A stretch of DNA of 64,000 bases from Schizosaccharomyces osmophilus (lineage: Eukaryota): NCBI RefSeq assembly GCF_027921745.1, contig NC_079238.1, forward strand, positions 1,488,001 through 1,552,000. The letters are read 5' to 3'. The translations under genes were made by a program, and so were the position numbers. The notes beneath the pieces are model-generated. The model ran no database searches and was not told the origin of the DNA. It saw nothing but the letters and a program-made list of their open reading frames with translations. Numbering within the stretch: the first letter of the stretch is position 1; the number at the start of each line of letters is the position of its first letter. Below, piece after piece: positions 1 to 12,997 of this stretch.

Positions 1-898
<898 letters not shown>

Positions 899-1970
899 TC
901 AACCCTAACCTGTTGCTTATAGATTGGAACAGTCACTTCCATGCGGCGAGAAGTCTCTTATATATGCGTGGACTTTTTTTTTTTTGATCATCCATTGACA
1001 ATCTCAAGATCCGCAACCGATGAAACTGTAAAGCAAGATGACCAATCTAGAACCGATCATTGATGATGGCCGAATATAAGACATTTGCTCATTGGAGTCT
1101 GGGAACCTTTTTAGCCACTCGCTGACTTTATAATTCAAACATTATTGAGTATTAGGCGCATTAAGGCAAAGAGTTGACAAATGAAAATTTGCCGTATGAA
1201 ACAAAGTTACCTTGTTTATCCCTCGTCGGCCATTGTAAGGTAAGCTTAAAGGTAAACGACAAAGGGGCAAATGGCATGGCCGAGGGAGTGGCAAAACAAG
1301 GATTCAGTAAGCAAGAAAAAACAAAGGTAAACTTGGAGTAAAGAGAAGCAGGATCGTTAATAAAGTGTGAGTGAGTATGTGTGCTCATCCTACAGAAGAG
1401 TGCTACAGTGTTTTTGTCCATGCCATGGAGAGGATGTTTCAAGGATCCTGTTGTGACCAGGTTTAATCAAGTGAAGCCAATGATGCTGGATAGATGGTTT
1501 TGTTGATCCAATTAATCCGAGGACAAACTCTGTGTACGTAGAAAAGAAAAAGAAAAAGAAAAAGTGTTTGAACTTGTTTAATGATTGATGATCGATGACC
1601 GATTTCATAGACGAAATGCACAGAAAAAAAAAGAAAAAAAAAAAAAAAGAATCGTAGGTTTTAGACTAGCTTCATTGAAAGATTGGGCAATTTAAAGATT
1701 CACCGTTTCACAACTTGAAGTTCTAGTTAATACTTTATAGTGTTCAGTAGGAGGATTCAGCATGAGGATAGATTTGATCATTCCATACAGAAACAAAGAA
1801 CGAATAATCGATGGTATTGACGAGTTGTATATAGATGAAAATAGCGTTACAGACAAAGGTATAGAAAGAAAGAAAAGTAATAACAACAGCAGCAACAATA
1901 CCAATCAACTACGGCATCAAAAACTGGACGGAAGGGGGACGGGCGGGTGATGGAATCAAAGCAAAAACAG

Positions 1971-2624
1971 TTACGCCGATATTGAATCTGTTCCTTTTGA
2001 ATTCTCAGTTTTGATAGAGGAAGTTTTGTTCTCGTGGATTAATGTATTGCCAAGTCGTTTAGGAGAGTTTTTGGTAACCAATTCAAATTTTCCAGGAAGA
2101 TGGAATGCAGCTTGTCGAAGAGCATGTTGAGCTAATTCTTCACGCATGCCTTCTCCGCCAACCTCAAACACAACTCTTCCAATGGGAATACGCGCGGCCC
2201 AAAATTCAAAAGCACCTTTTCCCTTTCCCATACGTGTTTCATTACCCTTCACGCAGACAGGGATGTTGCAAGTGAAACGCGTATAGATGTTAGCATTCTT
2301 GATTGGCTTTAAAATTCTTTTGATAATCTGCTCAGCCGTTTCGAGTTGTTTTGCTCGAAAACGAATGCTTCGGTCACAAAGTCGCATACCATACTCTCCC
2401 CATTCCAGCTGCGTTCCTTTTGTAGATCCGCCGGTGGGAACATGGACTCGTCCTTTTTGTGCCTTTTTAAACTTGACACGTCGAGGTGCGTACTGATGGC
2501 TCCAACGGAGATTCAAAGCAATTGGTGCCAAAGACCAGGAAGATGGTCTTTCTCTCAAGAGATTCGAAGCAACCCCAAAGGTTGTTCGGCTGTGTAAGCT
2601 TGGATTCTTCCAAAGATGCAACAT
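1971..2624 (-). CDS. mrpl16: Mitochondrial ribosomal protein L16 (uL16m)
   Basis: PRRVKFKKAQKGR and KGNETRMGKGKG uL16 motifs; basic N-terminal presequence. Confidence 0.95.
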   Translation of the reverse strand: MLHLWKNPSLHSRTTFGVASNLLRERPSSWSLAPIALNLRWSHQYAPRRVKFKKAQKGRVHVPTGGSTKGTQLEWGEYGMRLCDRSIRFRAKQLETAEQIIKRILKPIKNANIYTRFTCNIPVCVKGNETRMGKGKGAFEFWAARIPIGRVVFEVGGEGMREELAQHALRQAAFHLPGKFELVTKNSPKRLGNTLIHENKTSSIKTENSKGTDSISA

Positions 2625-5134
2625 GTTTCTTTATGAATTCTATTGAGCGTACTGTTGAGGGGTGAATTTTGTCAATTCCTACTTTGCAGCAAGAAAAGGT
2701 TCAAAGATTAACTATTTTTGGAGGATCCAAAGGAAAAATTAATTTTGCATATATTCTATGGTTTTCGTTTGTTCGTTCCTGCTGTCGTAATTAGAATAGA
2801 AGAAGGGAAATGATATTGAAAAAAATAGGAGTGTTCGTAGAAGCAAATTAGAGGGATATACCAATACGGAGCGAGCGAGTGTGCAGCGAGGTCAAAAGGA
2901 TACGTGAAGGAAACAATATTGAATGTAGTTTTAACTTTTGAATAGAAAAGAATGTGAAAAATGAATTCGTTGGGTTTTTTTTTTTTTTTTTTTTTTATTA
3001 TTTGATAGAAGCTGGATTGGTAGTTGGATTTGTTACGGTTGCGTTTGCTAGCTATACAACAAAATGAACGTGTCTTGGAAGATTGCAGAGGGATTTATGG
3101 AATAAAAAAAGTACTTACTTTACAAAACAATTATTCGAAAAAGACGATTCATGCTGACCGACGGCTGCCGTTCTCACTGGTGACGAATCCAAAACATCGA
3201 ATGGAAACAATCGTGGATTAAAAAGGCAAAACGAAGATTGCGTACGGCTTTTATTTTTCATGATCCTTGCAAAGAATGGAAAGGGATCCTATAGATCCGT
3301 TTCATCGAATAAATCTTGGTCTTGGTTTTGGTTTTGCCTGGGTCTGGGTCTGGGTCTGGTGAAAGATGCAAATGCCAATGTTTCATCCATCTTTTGTTCC
3401 AGGAGAAGGGAATCCGTTTTTGGAGCCCAAGAATGTGCTGTTAGGTGTAAGTATTCAAGGATGTTTTTTTCATGCGTACTTTTGTGAATGAAAATGTACA
3501 ACGACATGCATTGATTTGGGCTGAGTATTAATGACAGCAAGTAGAAGCTGGTGATGAAACAGAATGTAAATCCGGCGAAAAAGGGCTTGGCAACAATGTG
3601 GATTCATTTTACGTAGAATAATGGGAATTTGTCATCTCAGCAACGGAGATGAGCTAGCTATATGGATTCAACCAAGAGTTTCCGCATGTTTCTTCGGACA
3701 ACAGAAGGACTCGAGTTGTCTTGTAACGCATGCATGATTTGAAATTCCCAGCTGTCTAGTGTACGGATCGACGTTGTTTTTGCCAGCAAGTTGGTCGATC
3801 GGACATTTCCTGTGGAATTAAAGCGTGGGAGATAGGAAGAATTACGGTTCAAAGCACTTTTGGTTTCCATTTGTTTTGTGATTCCTCTCTTGCTTTGGAT
3901 GAAACTGTGTACGTCAAGAAATGTGTCGAAATTCCAAAAAATCACCTAAAAATGAATAAAGAATAGATGGAAGAAAACAAAACAAAAAGAAACTGGTTTT
4001 TCTTTAAAAAAAAAAAGAAAAAAAGAAAAAGAAAAAAGGTATATCAAACAAGATGACTTTTCATCCACTGTGCTGCGTATTCCTATGACACTATGTGGGT
4101 GAATGACATTTCACAGTTTGAATTTCAAATCGTAAGTCAAAAGTCAAAAGTTAGAAATAAAAAATCAAAAATGGATTTCTTGTAAAATATAGAGATGAAA
4201 AAATAAAGAAAAAAAAAAACAATACGAAACGAATTCAAAATGTCTGAATGTCTGCATGAAAACATACAGCTCAAAACCAGGAAGCAACAACACCTTAACA
4301 ATACAGTCAAGATGAAAAAGGAAATTCTCCACCTCGAAAGAATTTCCTTGGCAATTCCTTTCCTCCTATAAGCAATCCATGTTTATAATTATAATCGTAA
4401 ACAAATTTTTATTTTTATTTTTTTTGATCGTTTATTTTTTTTCTTTGTTTGTTTATTAATTGTCTTGTAATGGGTAGTACGATATTACTCTCATCTCAGT
4501 ACGATATTTATGACTTTGGATGCAATTGCGATGGAAAGAATATCTTTTTTCTATTTCTATTTTTTTTCAATTCTTTTCGTTTTTCCTTTTTCCAAATAAA
4601 CAGAACAGAGAAATAACAATCACTCTATTTGACTACCTTTTTCATCTTGACTGTTCCGCTAAAAAAAAAAAAAAAAAAAGAGCTAAAGTTGAATTTTGTC
4701 ACTTCTTCACTTGTTACTTTTCGCTAACAAAAGTTAACAAAAGGAAAAAAGCTTAATGACCGACAAAAACAAGAAAAGAAAACACTACGAAAAGCATGTT
4801 GGTTTGGATGGACGACAATTCCAAGTCCTTCAAGTCATTTGAACCTTTCAAAGATACTTTCTACAACGGAAGAAAAGAAGAAAAAAGTTTTCCATGAACA
4901 ATGACGATATCACCCAAACAAATCTAGGGGTCTTGATTCATCCAGTTTCCATTTGCTAGAATACTAGAAAAGCGGAACTGTTGATTCCCCTTGAGACAAG
5001 TATTGTATGAGGAGTAGCAGTCCAAGGGTACCCTTGGTAGTACTACCTCCCTTACTAGAATTGTAGTTTTATTTGCAAAAGAGTTGATGACAGATACCGG
5101 AAGACATTTCAAGATGTTTCATCAAACATTCAAA

Positions 5135-5267
5135 TGATATGATATGTTACGATATGATATGGTATGATATGATACGATACGATAAGCTATGTTTTGATTT
5201 CACTTGATTTCACTTTTTTTATTTTGGTTTGGTTTGGTTTGGTTTGTGTCTTTGTCTTTGTCTTTGT
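5135..5267. repeat. Cluster of short tandem repeats: degenerate (GATAT/GATAC)n, (TTGGT)n, (GTCTTT)n
   Basis: tgatatgatatgttacgatatgatatggtatgatatgatacgatacgata at about 5135-5184; ttggtttggtttggtttg and tgtctttgtctttgtctttg at about 5224-5267. Confidence 0.85.
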
Positions 5268-5913
5268 TTTTATCGCTCACTTTTTGCGTAAAAGTTTTTT
5301 TATTCATTTCATATACTTTTTAATTCTTGTTTCTCTTTTATTCTATGCTCTAAAACACATCTCTTGCTTTGAAATCAATAAATGGGACCCGGCCGTAAAG
5401 TGCTTGCTTGTTCTTTTTCAGGGAACAATGATTGCATTACCAAGGGATCATCACATAGGATCGATCTTTCCTCCCTGCTTACTCTTCCGTATAGCAAGTT
5501 GACAAATGTGATTGATTTTATTGTTTCTTGTCGTTTGAAAATGAGTTGTTTATGTTTTTTGTGTGGTCTGATGGCTTACAACCCATATTTTTTCAATATA
5601 CTAGTATTCATCGTTTCTGTTTACCCAATGTTACTATGACCTCGTTGTTTATTTACAAACCTCCGAAATAACTATTTACCGTATTTTCATACGCTTTGTT
5701 ATCGTTCGAGGGAATCCCCCTGACAACCAGAGTACATATGACACAAGCGTAAATAGATACCACAACTCTTTGTCCGGTAAACAAAGAGTCAGCCATTTTA
5801 TCAGCCAATCAGAAAAGTTAGCGAGAGCATCCCTAATTATCGCATACCTTAAGATGCTATGATTGGGTGGTGACTTTTAATAAAGAAAGTGGGACTATTT
5901 ACCGTTCTCATAA

Positions 5914-5921
5914 TATATAAA
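5914..5921 (+). promoter_or_regulatory. TATA box of exg1
   Basis: TATATAAA followed by about 570 nt of ATG-free pyrimidine-rich sequence up to the exg1 ATG; CCAAT at about 5805. Confidence 0.6.
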
Positions 5922-6491
5922 GAGTCTTAATCACTCACTTTTTTAAACAGGATTCTAAAACCTCTGTGAGCATTCTTTAACAAATAGAACAAATAGAAAA
6001 AAATATTCTTAGGGTTCTGACCGTTCTTTTCAACCCAAACCTTTCTTTTCCTTTCTCGAATTGCATTTCTTTGACCAAATCGCGAAATTTCTTTCGGTTC
6101 TTTCTCGGTTTCTCGATCTTTTAGAAAGCCAATTCAAGTTTTTCCTTTTCAAATCTCTTTTTTGATTTGTTTTCTTCTTTTTTAATCTATTGTTTGTTCC
6201 CGTTTCTTGAGGAATTTTCTACTTTGACCTTCCTTTGGTGTTTTTCCTACTTCATTTCATTCATTCTCTTTTTACGTTTCATCAATCCATTTTTGATACA
6301 CTCTTTCTTTTACAAAGCTTATCGTTTGTGATTCCCTAAACTCTTATAGATTTCATTTCTCTTGCAACTTTTGATTTCCTTTCTTTGTTGTCTTCAATTC
6401 TCTTGCATTTTCTATCTCTATTTCTATCCCAGTCTCTCTATCTTTTATTTTTAATTTCTTAATTTTAATTATTTTTTAGTTACCCATAATC

Positions 6492-7712
6492 ATGTCTTTG
6501 TTCAATTCTATGGTTTCTTTTCTCTTTGCTGCTTTTTTCCTTTTGCACTCCGTTTCCGCATTTGTGATCAAGCGCAACAACCCCGTCTTTGACTATACCA
6601 CCGAAAAGATTCGTGGTGTCAACATTGGTGGTTGGCTTCTCATTGAAAACTGGCTCAATGCCGACTTGTTTAGCCAATTTAATGGCATGAACAATGGCCC
6701 CACCGACGAATGGGGATTCTGTGAAACCCTTGGTAAGTCCGAAGCTTACAACCAATTGTCCAAACACTGGAGCACTTTCTTCACTGCCGATGAATTCGCT
6801 CGTATCGCTAGCTGGGGCATTAACGCTGTTCGTATTCCCATCGGTTACTGGGCCTTCGACGCCGAAAACGACGAGCCCTACGTCCAAGGCCAAGAATACT
6901 GGTTAGATCAAGCAATTGAATGGTCTCGCAACAACAACATGAAGGTCTGGGTCGACTTGCACGGCGCCCCTGGCAGTCAAAACGGTTTTGAAAACTCTGG
7001 TAAGACTGGTAGCATCGACTGGCAAAACGATGGAAACATCAATCGCACTCTCCAAATTATGTCTTACGTTGTCAACAAGTACACCCAAGATGCTTACAAG
7101 GACGTTGTCATTGGTATCGAAACTGTCAATGAACCCTTGGGTAGTGCTCTCAACATGGACGAGCTCAAGGAATACGATTTGCAAGTGTACAATATGATAT
7201 CTGGCAAATCCAACTCTGTCGCTACCGTTGTTCACGATGCTTATGTTGACTTGTCCGAATGGACTTATGGTGCTATTTCTGGAAATATGTACAACTTGGT
7301 CATGGATATTCACCGATATCAATTGTACCAAAGCAATGAATGCTCCCTAACTTACAATGATCACCTCAACAGTGTTTGCGACCTCGGTGATCAAATCGAA
7401 AAGAACCCCTTCATCACTATCACCGGTGAATGGTCTTCTACTTTGGCTGACTGCACTCTTTGGAACGCCAGCGAATCCGGTTCTGCCTTTACCGGCGGCA
7501 ACAGCGGTGATATTTCTACTTGGACCGATCAATACAAAAACGCTATTCGCTTGTACGTAGAGACTCAATTGGATCAATTCGAACGCGGTGGCGGTTGGTT
7601 CTACTGGACCGCCAAGTCTGGTGGAGCTACTTGGGACATGGGTATCCTCATCGATAACGGTATTTTCCCCCAACCTTTCACTGATAGAAAATTCGCTCCC
7701 TATTGCTCTTAA
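6492..7712 (+). CDS. exg1: Secreted GH5 exo-beta-glucanase Exg1
   Basis: Signal peptide, KR processing site, IRGVNIGGWL, RIPIGYW, DLHGAPGSQNGFENSG, catalytic NEP and GEWS motifs; 406 aa. Confidence 0.96.
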   Translation: MSLFNSMVSFLFAAFFLLHSVSAFVIKRNNPVFDYTTEKIRGVNIGGWLLIENWLNADLFSQFNGMNNGPTDEWGFCETLGKSEAYNQLSKHWSTFFTADEFARIASWGINAVRIPIGYWAFDAENDEPYVQGQEYWLDQAIEWSRNNNMKVWVDLHGAPGSQNGFENSGKTGSIDWQNDGNINRTLQIMSYVVNKYTQDAYKDVVIGIETVNEPLGSALNMDELKEYDLQVYNMISGKSNSVATVVHDAYVDLSEWTYGAISGNMYNLVMDIHRYQLYQSNECSLTYNDHLNSVCDLGDQIEKNPFITITGEWSSTLADCTLWNASESGSAFTGGNSGDISTWTDQYKNAIRLYVETQLDQFERGGGWFYWTAKSGGATWDMGILIDNGIFPQPFTDRKFAPYCS

Positions 7713-8159
7713 ACTTATAAGATGTCCTCCGTTATTATATTTTGAACTTACATCTCTCGTTCGTTAGGGTTTTGGTGACTCCTTTATGCTTTATTTATAT
7801 GGTCGTTCCCGTTTATTGTAATTATCACTAATAAAAATATTTCCTGCTACAATTGTAAGTCTTCACTTTTATGTCTAGCATTTCTTGCCTTTTGAGTGGA
7901 TCTTTATATAAGTATTAAAAAATAAAATGTTTTTTGAATGGTTATCCTTATGCTTGATGATGATGGTGTTTATAGCATTGTAAAACTTCATAAACTAAAG
8001 TAGCAGTTTTCGCTATAAATAACTTTGTTTTTAACGAAAAAAATAAAAGTTATGAAGATCAGTTTTACCGAAGATGAAAGCCTGCTTTTCGATATCGTTC
8101 TACCTCATAATTGCAGTTGCTCACAAACTACACTGCCAAGAAGAAAACATTGGTGAACG

Positions 8160-8172
8160 ACGCGCGACGCGT
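8160..8172. promoter_or_regulatory. Tandem MCB-like element (ACGCGCGACGCGT)
   Basis: Contains ACGCGT and CGCGACGCGT, about 40 nt upstream of the pmc4 ATG. Confidence 0.5.
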
Positions 8173-8211
8173 TGGGCAGGCTCTTTTGATTTCTACATCT
8201 TGACCATTATT

Positions 8212-8940
8212 ATGGAGCTTTCCTCTGTCATCTCACAAATAGAAAGATGTCTTAATCAACACCTTCGTCTGTCGACTGAAAAAGTCAACTGCCATTCTGT
8301 CATGGAAAATTGGTCTGAAATGATACACCAACTAAAGAGTCTTCAAAATTTGATTTCAGAACATACTCTAAGCAATGAGTTGAGCTCTCAGATCGAAAGT
8401 CTGATTGAAGAAGATCATACTTTGGAGGAACAAATTGAAAGCAGTATGAAAGAATTGACTTCAATTTATGATACCACCCTTCCTCAAAATAACAATCAAA
8501 AAACTAAAAGGACAGTAGACGCTAATACCCTTCTTGAATATGGCCGACGGCTATCTAAATTTTCATCGGCACCTCCTGGTTACAACCCAGAAACGGGTCA
8601 AGATGCCAAAGCTCCTGTCCATTATCCTTGGCCATCCGAAGATCAAATGCGAAAGACAAGTCTTTTCCAATACTCTACAAGCTTGATAGCCCATCCGTCT
8701 GCAAACGCTTCTCAAATCTTCAACGAGTTGGAGGAAACCTCTGCTCTGAGCAAAGAAGATGCCGCTGCTGCCGCTTCTCCAAGCAAGAAAGCTAAAAATG
8801 CTGTTGACTATCCAATGTCTCCTACGTTTACGAATGCCGCTGGACAAGCTGAAGCCCAAGGAGAAGAATTCATGCCTTCTAGTAAAGACATTTTTGCAGA
8901 CTTTGACTTGTTTGATCCAGAAATGGAAGAAGATACCTAG
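8212..8940 (+). CDS. pmc4: Mediator subunit Med4/Pmc4
   Basis: LLEYGRRLSKFSSAPPGYNPETGQDAKAPVHYPWPSEDQMRK and C-terminal FDLFDPEMEED match recalled S. pombe Pmc4. Start placed at MELSS (8212) rather than 8074. Confidence 0.93.
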   Translation: MELSSVISQIERCLNQHLRLSTEKVNCHSVMENWSEMIHQLKSLQNLISEHTLSNELSSQIESLIEEDHTLEEQIESSMKELTSIYDTTLPQNNNQKTKRTVDANTLLEYGRRLSKFSSAPPGYNPETGQDAKAPVHYPWPSEDQMRKTSLFQYSTSLIAHPSANASQIFNELEETSALSKEDAAAAASPSKKAKNAVDYPMSPTFTNAAGQAEAQGEEFMPSSKDIFADFDLFDPEMEEDT

Positions 8941-9130
8941 AACCATTTTCGTGAAAACTCGTGTATAAAACTACTATGACTTTGATGATAATAGTTTTTG
9001 AAATCCAAATCAGTTTAATAATCCATGAAGCAATACACAAATATTGGATTTGAAAGAATGAAACGCCAGTCTACTTGACCAATTTCTTACAATTTAGTCT
9101 ATCATCCAACAGGAAAGAGAATTATTTTTA

Positions 9131-10657
9131 TTATTTCTGGAAAAACTCCTCTTCATTTCTATCTTTTCCGACAATCGGCATAACACTTTCTATAGGAGCA
9201 AATCCGAAAGCTGCATCTTTCTTCAAAACAAGCGTAGCTGATGAATGAATCATATAACCTTTGATGTATCCTTGATCAATTAAAGATATACATATACATT
9301 CCACATCATCAATATCAAACGTTTCATCTTGCGTACTAACAAGCGCCGCTGTTAATAAAAACTGACCATTCACATGGGGGGTTTTTTGGGCATTTCGAAA
9401 TGTCATAAAGAAGCTAGATTGGATTGTTAGCACGAAGCTCTCAAAAATACACACTCTTACACTTTACGAAACAAGTTTCTCCAGATCACAATTTCACAGC
9501 GATCATGTAAGGTCAAATATATGCCATGCTTTATAAACCAATTTCGCCTGGAGACATCTTCCAAAGAAAGTTGAAAGGAACGAAGATCACCTTTCTTCAA
9601 ATTCTGGATTAATGGTTGAAATATCGGTATTAAACCGTATTTCTCTAAATGATAAGACTTGGTTAATTTGCCAAGGATGAGACCACACGTCGTTAAATAA
9701 ATTAAAATTAGTCTACCAGCTGTTAGCAGAATAAAAATCGAGTTTAAGCGTACCTCTTTTGTTTGTAATACTCATCTGGGCAATTGAGAAAAGCGCTCCT
9801 TAAATGCGTTTCCGCTTGATGAATTTTATGCTGGAAAAGATGACAACGACCTAGATAGTAACGGAAAGTAACAATTTCTGCACTGGTAGCTTGGTTTATG
9901 GACACGCCGGAAGACAGAACATTGGCCTGGATTGTCTGACAAAGCCGTATCTGCTTTAGACGGAAATACAACTTATACAAAAGATTTGAAATCGTAAAAA
10001 CAGCATCCTTTTTTGAAGGGCTACTGCTGGGTTGTCGGTCACTCAAAATAACATTGAAAGCTCGTTGAACGTTTCGCGATGCCTCACTTATAAAGTTGCG
10101 TTCAAGGAATCCGTTCGTATCCAAAGCACCAGAGTTTTGAGGAAATTCTCTATCTAAATGAATCGACAAATTCACATAAAAAGTTGAAACTGATCTGATG
10201 ATAGATGCTAGCCATGCTCCATCAAGGTGTGCAAAGCAAGTTGTCAAATTCCTAAGCAAAGTTAATACCCATCAAAAACCAACTTAATCCAGATGTTGAA
10301 AAGGCTACATACACATAAACAGTTTGTAGAGAAGACCAACAAGATATAGGGTCTCCCGAAACAGCTTTCTGTACAAACTCCAGATACGAAACCACAGACT
10401 CCTTCCAGCCTCGTATTTTTCCAAAACTTTTTTGTATTTCACCCTTGAGTTTACTTTTGCCTTTAGGGTCCTATATTATATAAGAAACATTAGCCATCGT
10501 CAAAACGCGACCCAAGAGACGGTACCTGTGGGAGTTTTGAGGATAATTCTGCGTAAAACGCGCTAGAATTTGAAAATACAAAACAATGTGAAAATGCATT
10601 GGCATCTTTTTGCCGAATTGACCGATTTAACACCTCCAGAAACTCGTGAACCGACAT
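9131..10657 (-). CDS. pci2: PCI-domain TREX-2/Thp1-family protein, multi-exon
   Basis: Exons MSVHEFLEVLNRS..., NLLYKLYFRLKQIRLC...VTFRYYLGR and DDVECICISLIDQGYIKGY, joined by short GT-AG introns with CTAAC/TTAAC branch sites. Confidence 0.88.
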
Positions 10658-11008
10658 TTTACTAGCAGTGTTAATAAACACGAAGAAACAAATAAAGGTC
10701 TTGCTTTACGTACCATTTACAAAAACACAGAGGCCTTTCACAATCCGATTTCCGACTTCAATTACCAGCTCCAGTTGATGTTGTTTAACTGCTATTCGTT
10801 TTCATTCAACTGTTCGTTATAGTATGTAAAGCTATTTACGGCAAAATAAGGAGTTATGATAATCTATTATAGCGAGAAACGCAGATACACAAGGAGTGAA
10901 AAGTCAGACCAAATGAGATCGAACTGCTGCATTCCGTAACTCTTACAGCTTCTTGTCAATTTCCATTGATCAGGAACATCTTTTGGTGTCTTCTGAATTG
11001 AATAAAGT

Positions 11009-12997
11009 ATGAAGTTAATTCTGGATTCATTGCTTTCTTTTCGATTCTTCGTTCTTCTGTATCTGCTCCCGTCGTGCCTGGCATTTCAGCTGACAACTTT
11101 TGGCCCGAAAAATTATGCTCCTGATGACATTGTTGATACGACCGTAAATACTGTCTCCCCCTCTAATGGTGCAGAACATGGAACTGACATTTTCAATTAT
11201 GAGTGTAAGCTACTGAATGATTGAAACTGAGATGAGACTTTAGAGATGTTTAAGCTGTTTCAATTCTTCTAAAACTTGAAGATTTTATGCTAATGCAAAG
11301 TTTTAGACTATGATGATCGATTTCATTTTTGCCAACCTGAGACAATTGTTCAACAACCCGAATCTCTCGGAAGTGTCTTATTCGGCGACCGTCTTTACAA
11401 TTCTCCTTTGGAATTGAAAATGCTTAAAAATACTTCTTGTATCCCACTTTGTGCGTCTCACATGTCCAAGCCAGATATTCAATTTTTGAAAGACCTGATT
11501 TCTCAAAACTACGTGGTTCACTGGAATATTGACAATCTTCCTATAGCTACATATGCAGGATATGCTAATCCTGATAACTACCAGTTGACTCCTGGATTCC
11601 CACTGGGAAGAGTTACGGAAGAGGGTATTCTCCTCTACAACCATTACGATATTATCGTAGAATATCACACTAGCGCGCAAAATCAACATCGAGTCGTGGG
11701 TGCATATGTAAAACCTGTATCCCGCGAATCGAAGTTTGAGAATGGCAAACCCGAATGCTCTACGTCTAATTCTCATGAAGTACTGCCTGACCAGGATGAC
11801 TTAACATTCGTCACTTCTTATTCAGTAACCTGGAAGTATTCCACAACTCCTTGGGCTACTCGTTGGGACAAGTATATGCACGGACCCTCCAACCAAATTC
11901 GATGGATGTTTTTATTGTACGCAGGTATTTTTGACATCTTTTTGATCTTTATCGTTTGTCTTATATTATTCCGTACTCTGAATCGTGACATAGATAAATA
12001 CAACAGCGCCTTTTTGGATCAAGAAGATGTTCAAGAGGACTTTGGCTGGAAATTGGTTCATGGCGATGTCTTTCGGCCACCTCGTAGACCCATGCTTTTT
12101 TCCATTCTTTTGGGAACCGGTGCTCAATTATTATTTATGACATCCGCCATTATTTTGTTTGCTATCTTCGGAATTGTTGCTCCCTCACGACGTGGTAGCA
12201 TTGCGACAGCCGTAGTAGCCCTCTTTATCGTCTCCGGCTTTGTCTCTGGTTTTGTATCTTCCGTTTCTTACAAGGTAATGCAAGGCATGCTGAGAAAAAG
12301 AAATCTTTTATTGACCCCCTTTGTCGTTCCTGGAATTTTGTTAGCTGGGGCTTTGTTCTTTAACATAGTATTTTCAGCTAAGAATTCTTCTTCAACAGTA
12401 CCATTTACAAGCTGGTTGTTGTTAATTTTCCTTTACTTAGTATTTACTGTACCACTAAGTTTCATAGGGTCATTGATTGGATTTCGATCAAGAGAATTTG
12501 TTCCTCCTGTCAGGACAAACCAAATCCCTCGACAAATTCCTACTCAAAGTATCTGGATATCCACTGCTTCTTCTGCCCTCATTGGCGGAGCCATTCCTTT
12601 TGTTGCTATCTTAATTGAGCTTTACTTTATTCTTGATAGCTTGTGGTTTCATCCCCTGTACTTCATGTTTGGTTTTTCATTTTTCTGTTTTGGTATTTTA
12701 ATTACAACTTGTGTTATGGTATCAATCATCACTGTATACATTCAATTATGCACCGAAAATTATAATTGGTGGTGGCGATCTTTCACTACGCCTGGCTTTT
12801 GCGGTGTCTATGTTTTTGTGTTTTCTATTATTTATTGGATTAACAGAATCTCCTCGACTTCGTTTGCAACTACACTTTTGTACTTTGGCTACAGTCTTAT
12901 GATTTCTATTCTAGTGTTCTTTTTATGCGGTTCTGTTGGTTTCTTCGGCTCTTTTCTTTTTGTGAACAAAATTTACGGCTCCATTAAAATAGATTAA
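11009..12997 (+). CDS. emp70: TM9SF/nonaspanin endomembrane protein; intron 11205-11306
   Basis: Signal peptide; GWKLVHGDVFRPP, PVRTNQIPRQIP, ENYNWWWRSF, C-terminal IYGSIKID; GTAAGC...CTAAT...TAG intron. Confidence 0.95.

Noticed and set aside
1161..1950. Several 60-93 aa ORFs between lys4 and mrpl16
   Set aside because: Driven by poly-A/T low complexity; no recognisable motifs; likely UTR or promoter.
6480..7673. Minus-strand ORFs over exg1
   Set aside because: Antisense shadows of a highly biased gene.
8074..8211. 46-aa N-terminal extension of Pmc4 in the ORF track
   Set aside because: Spans the promoter/MCB region; homology starts at Met 8212.
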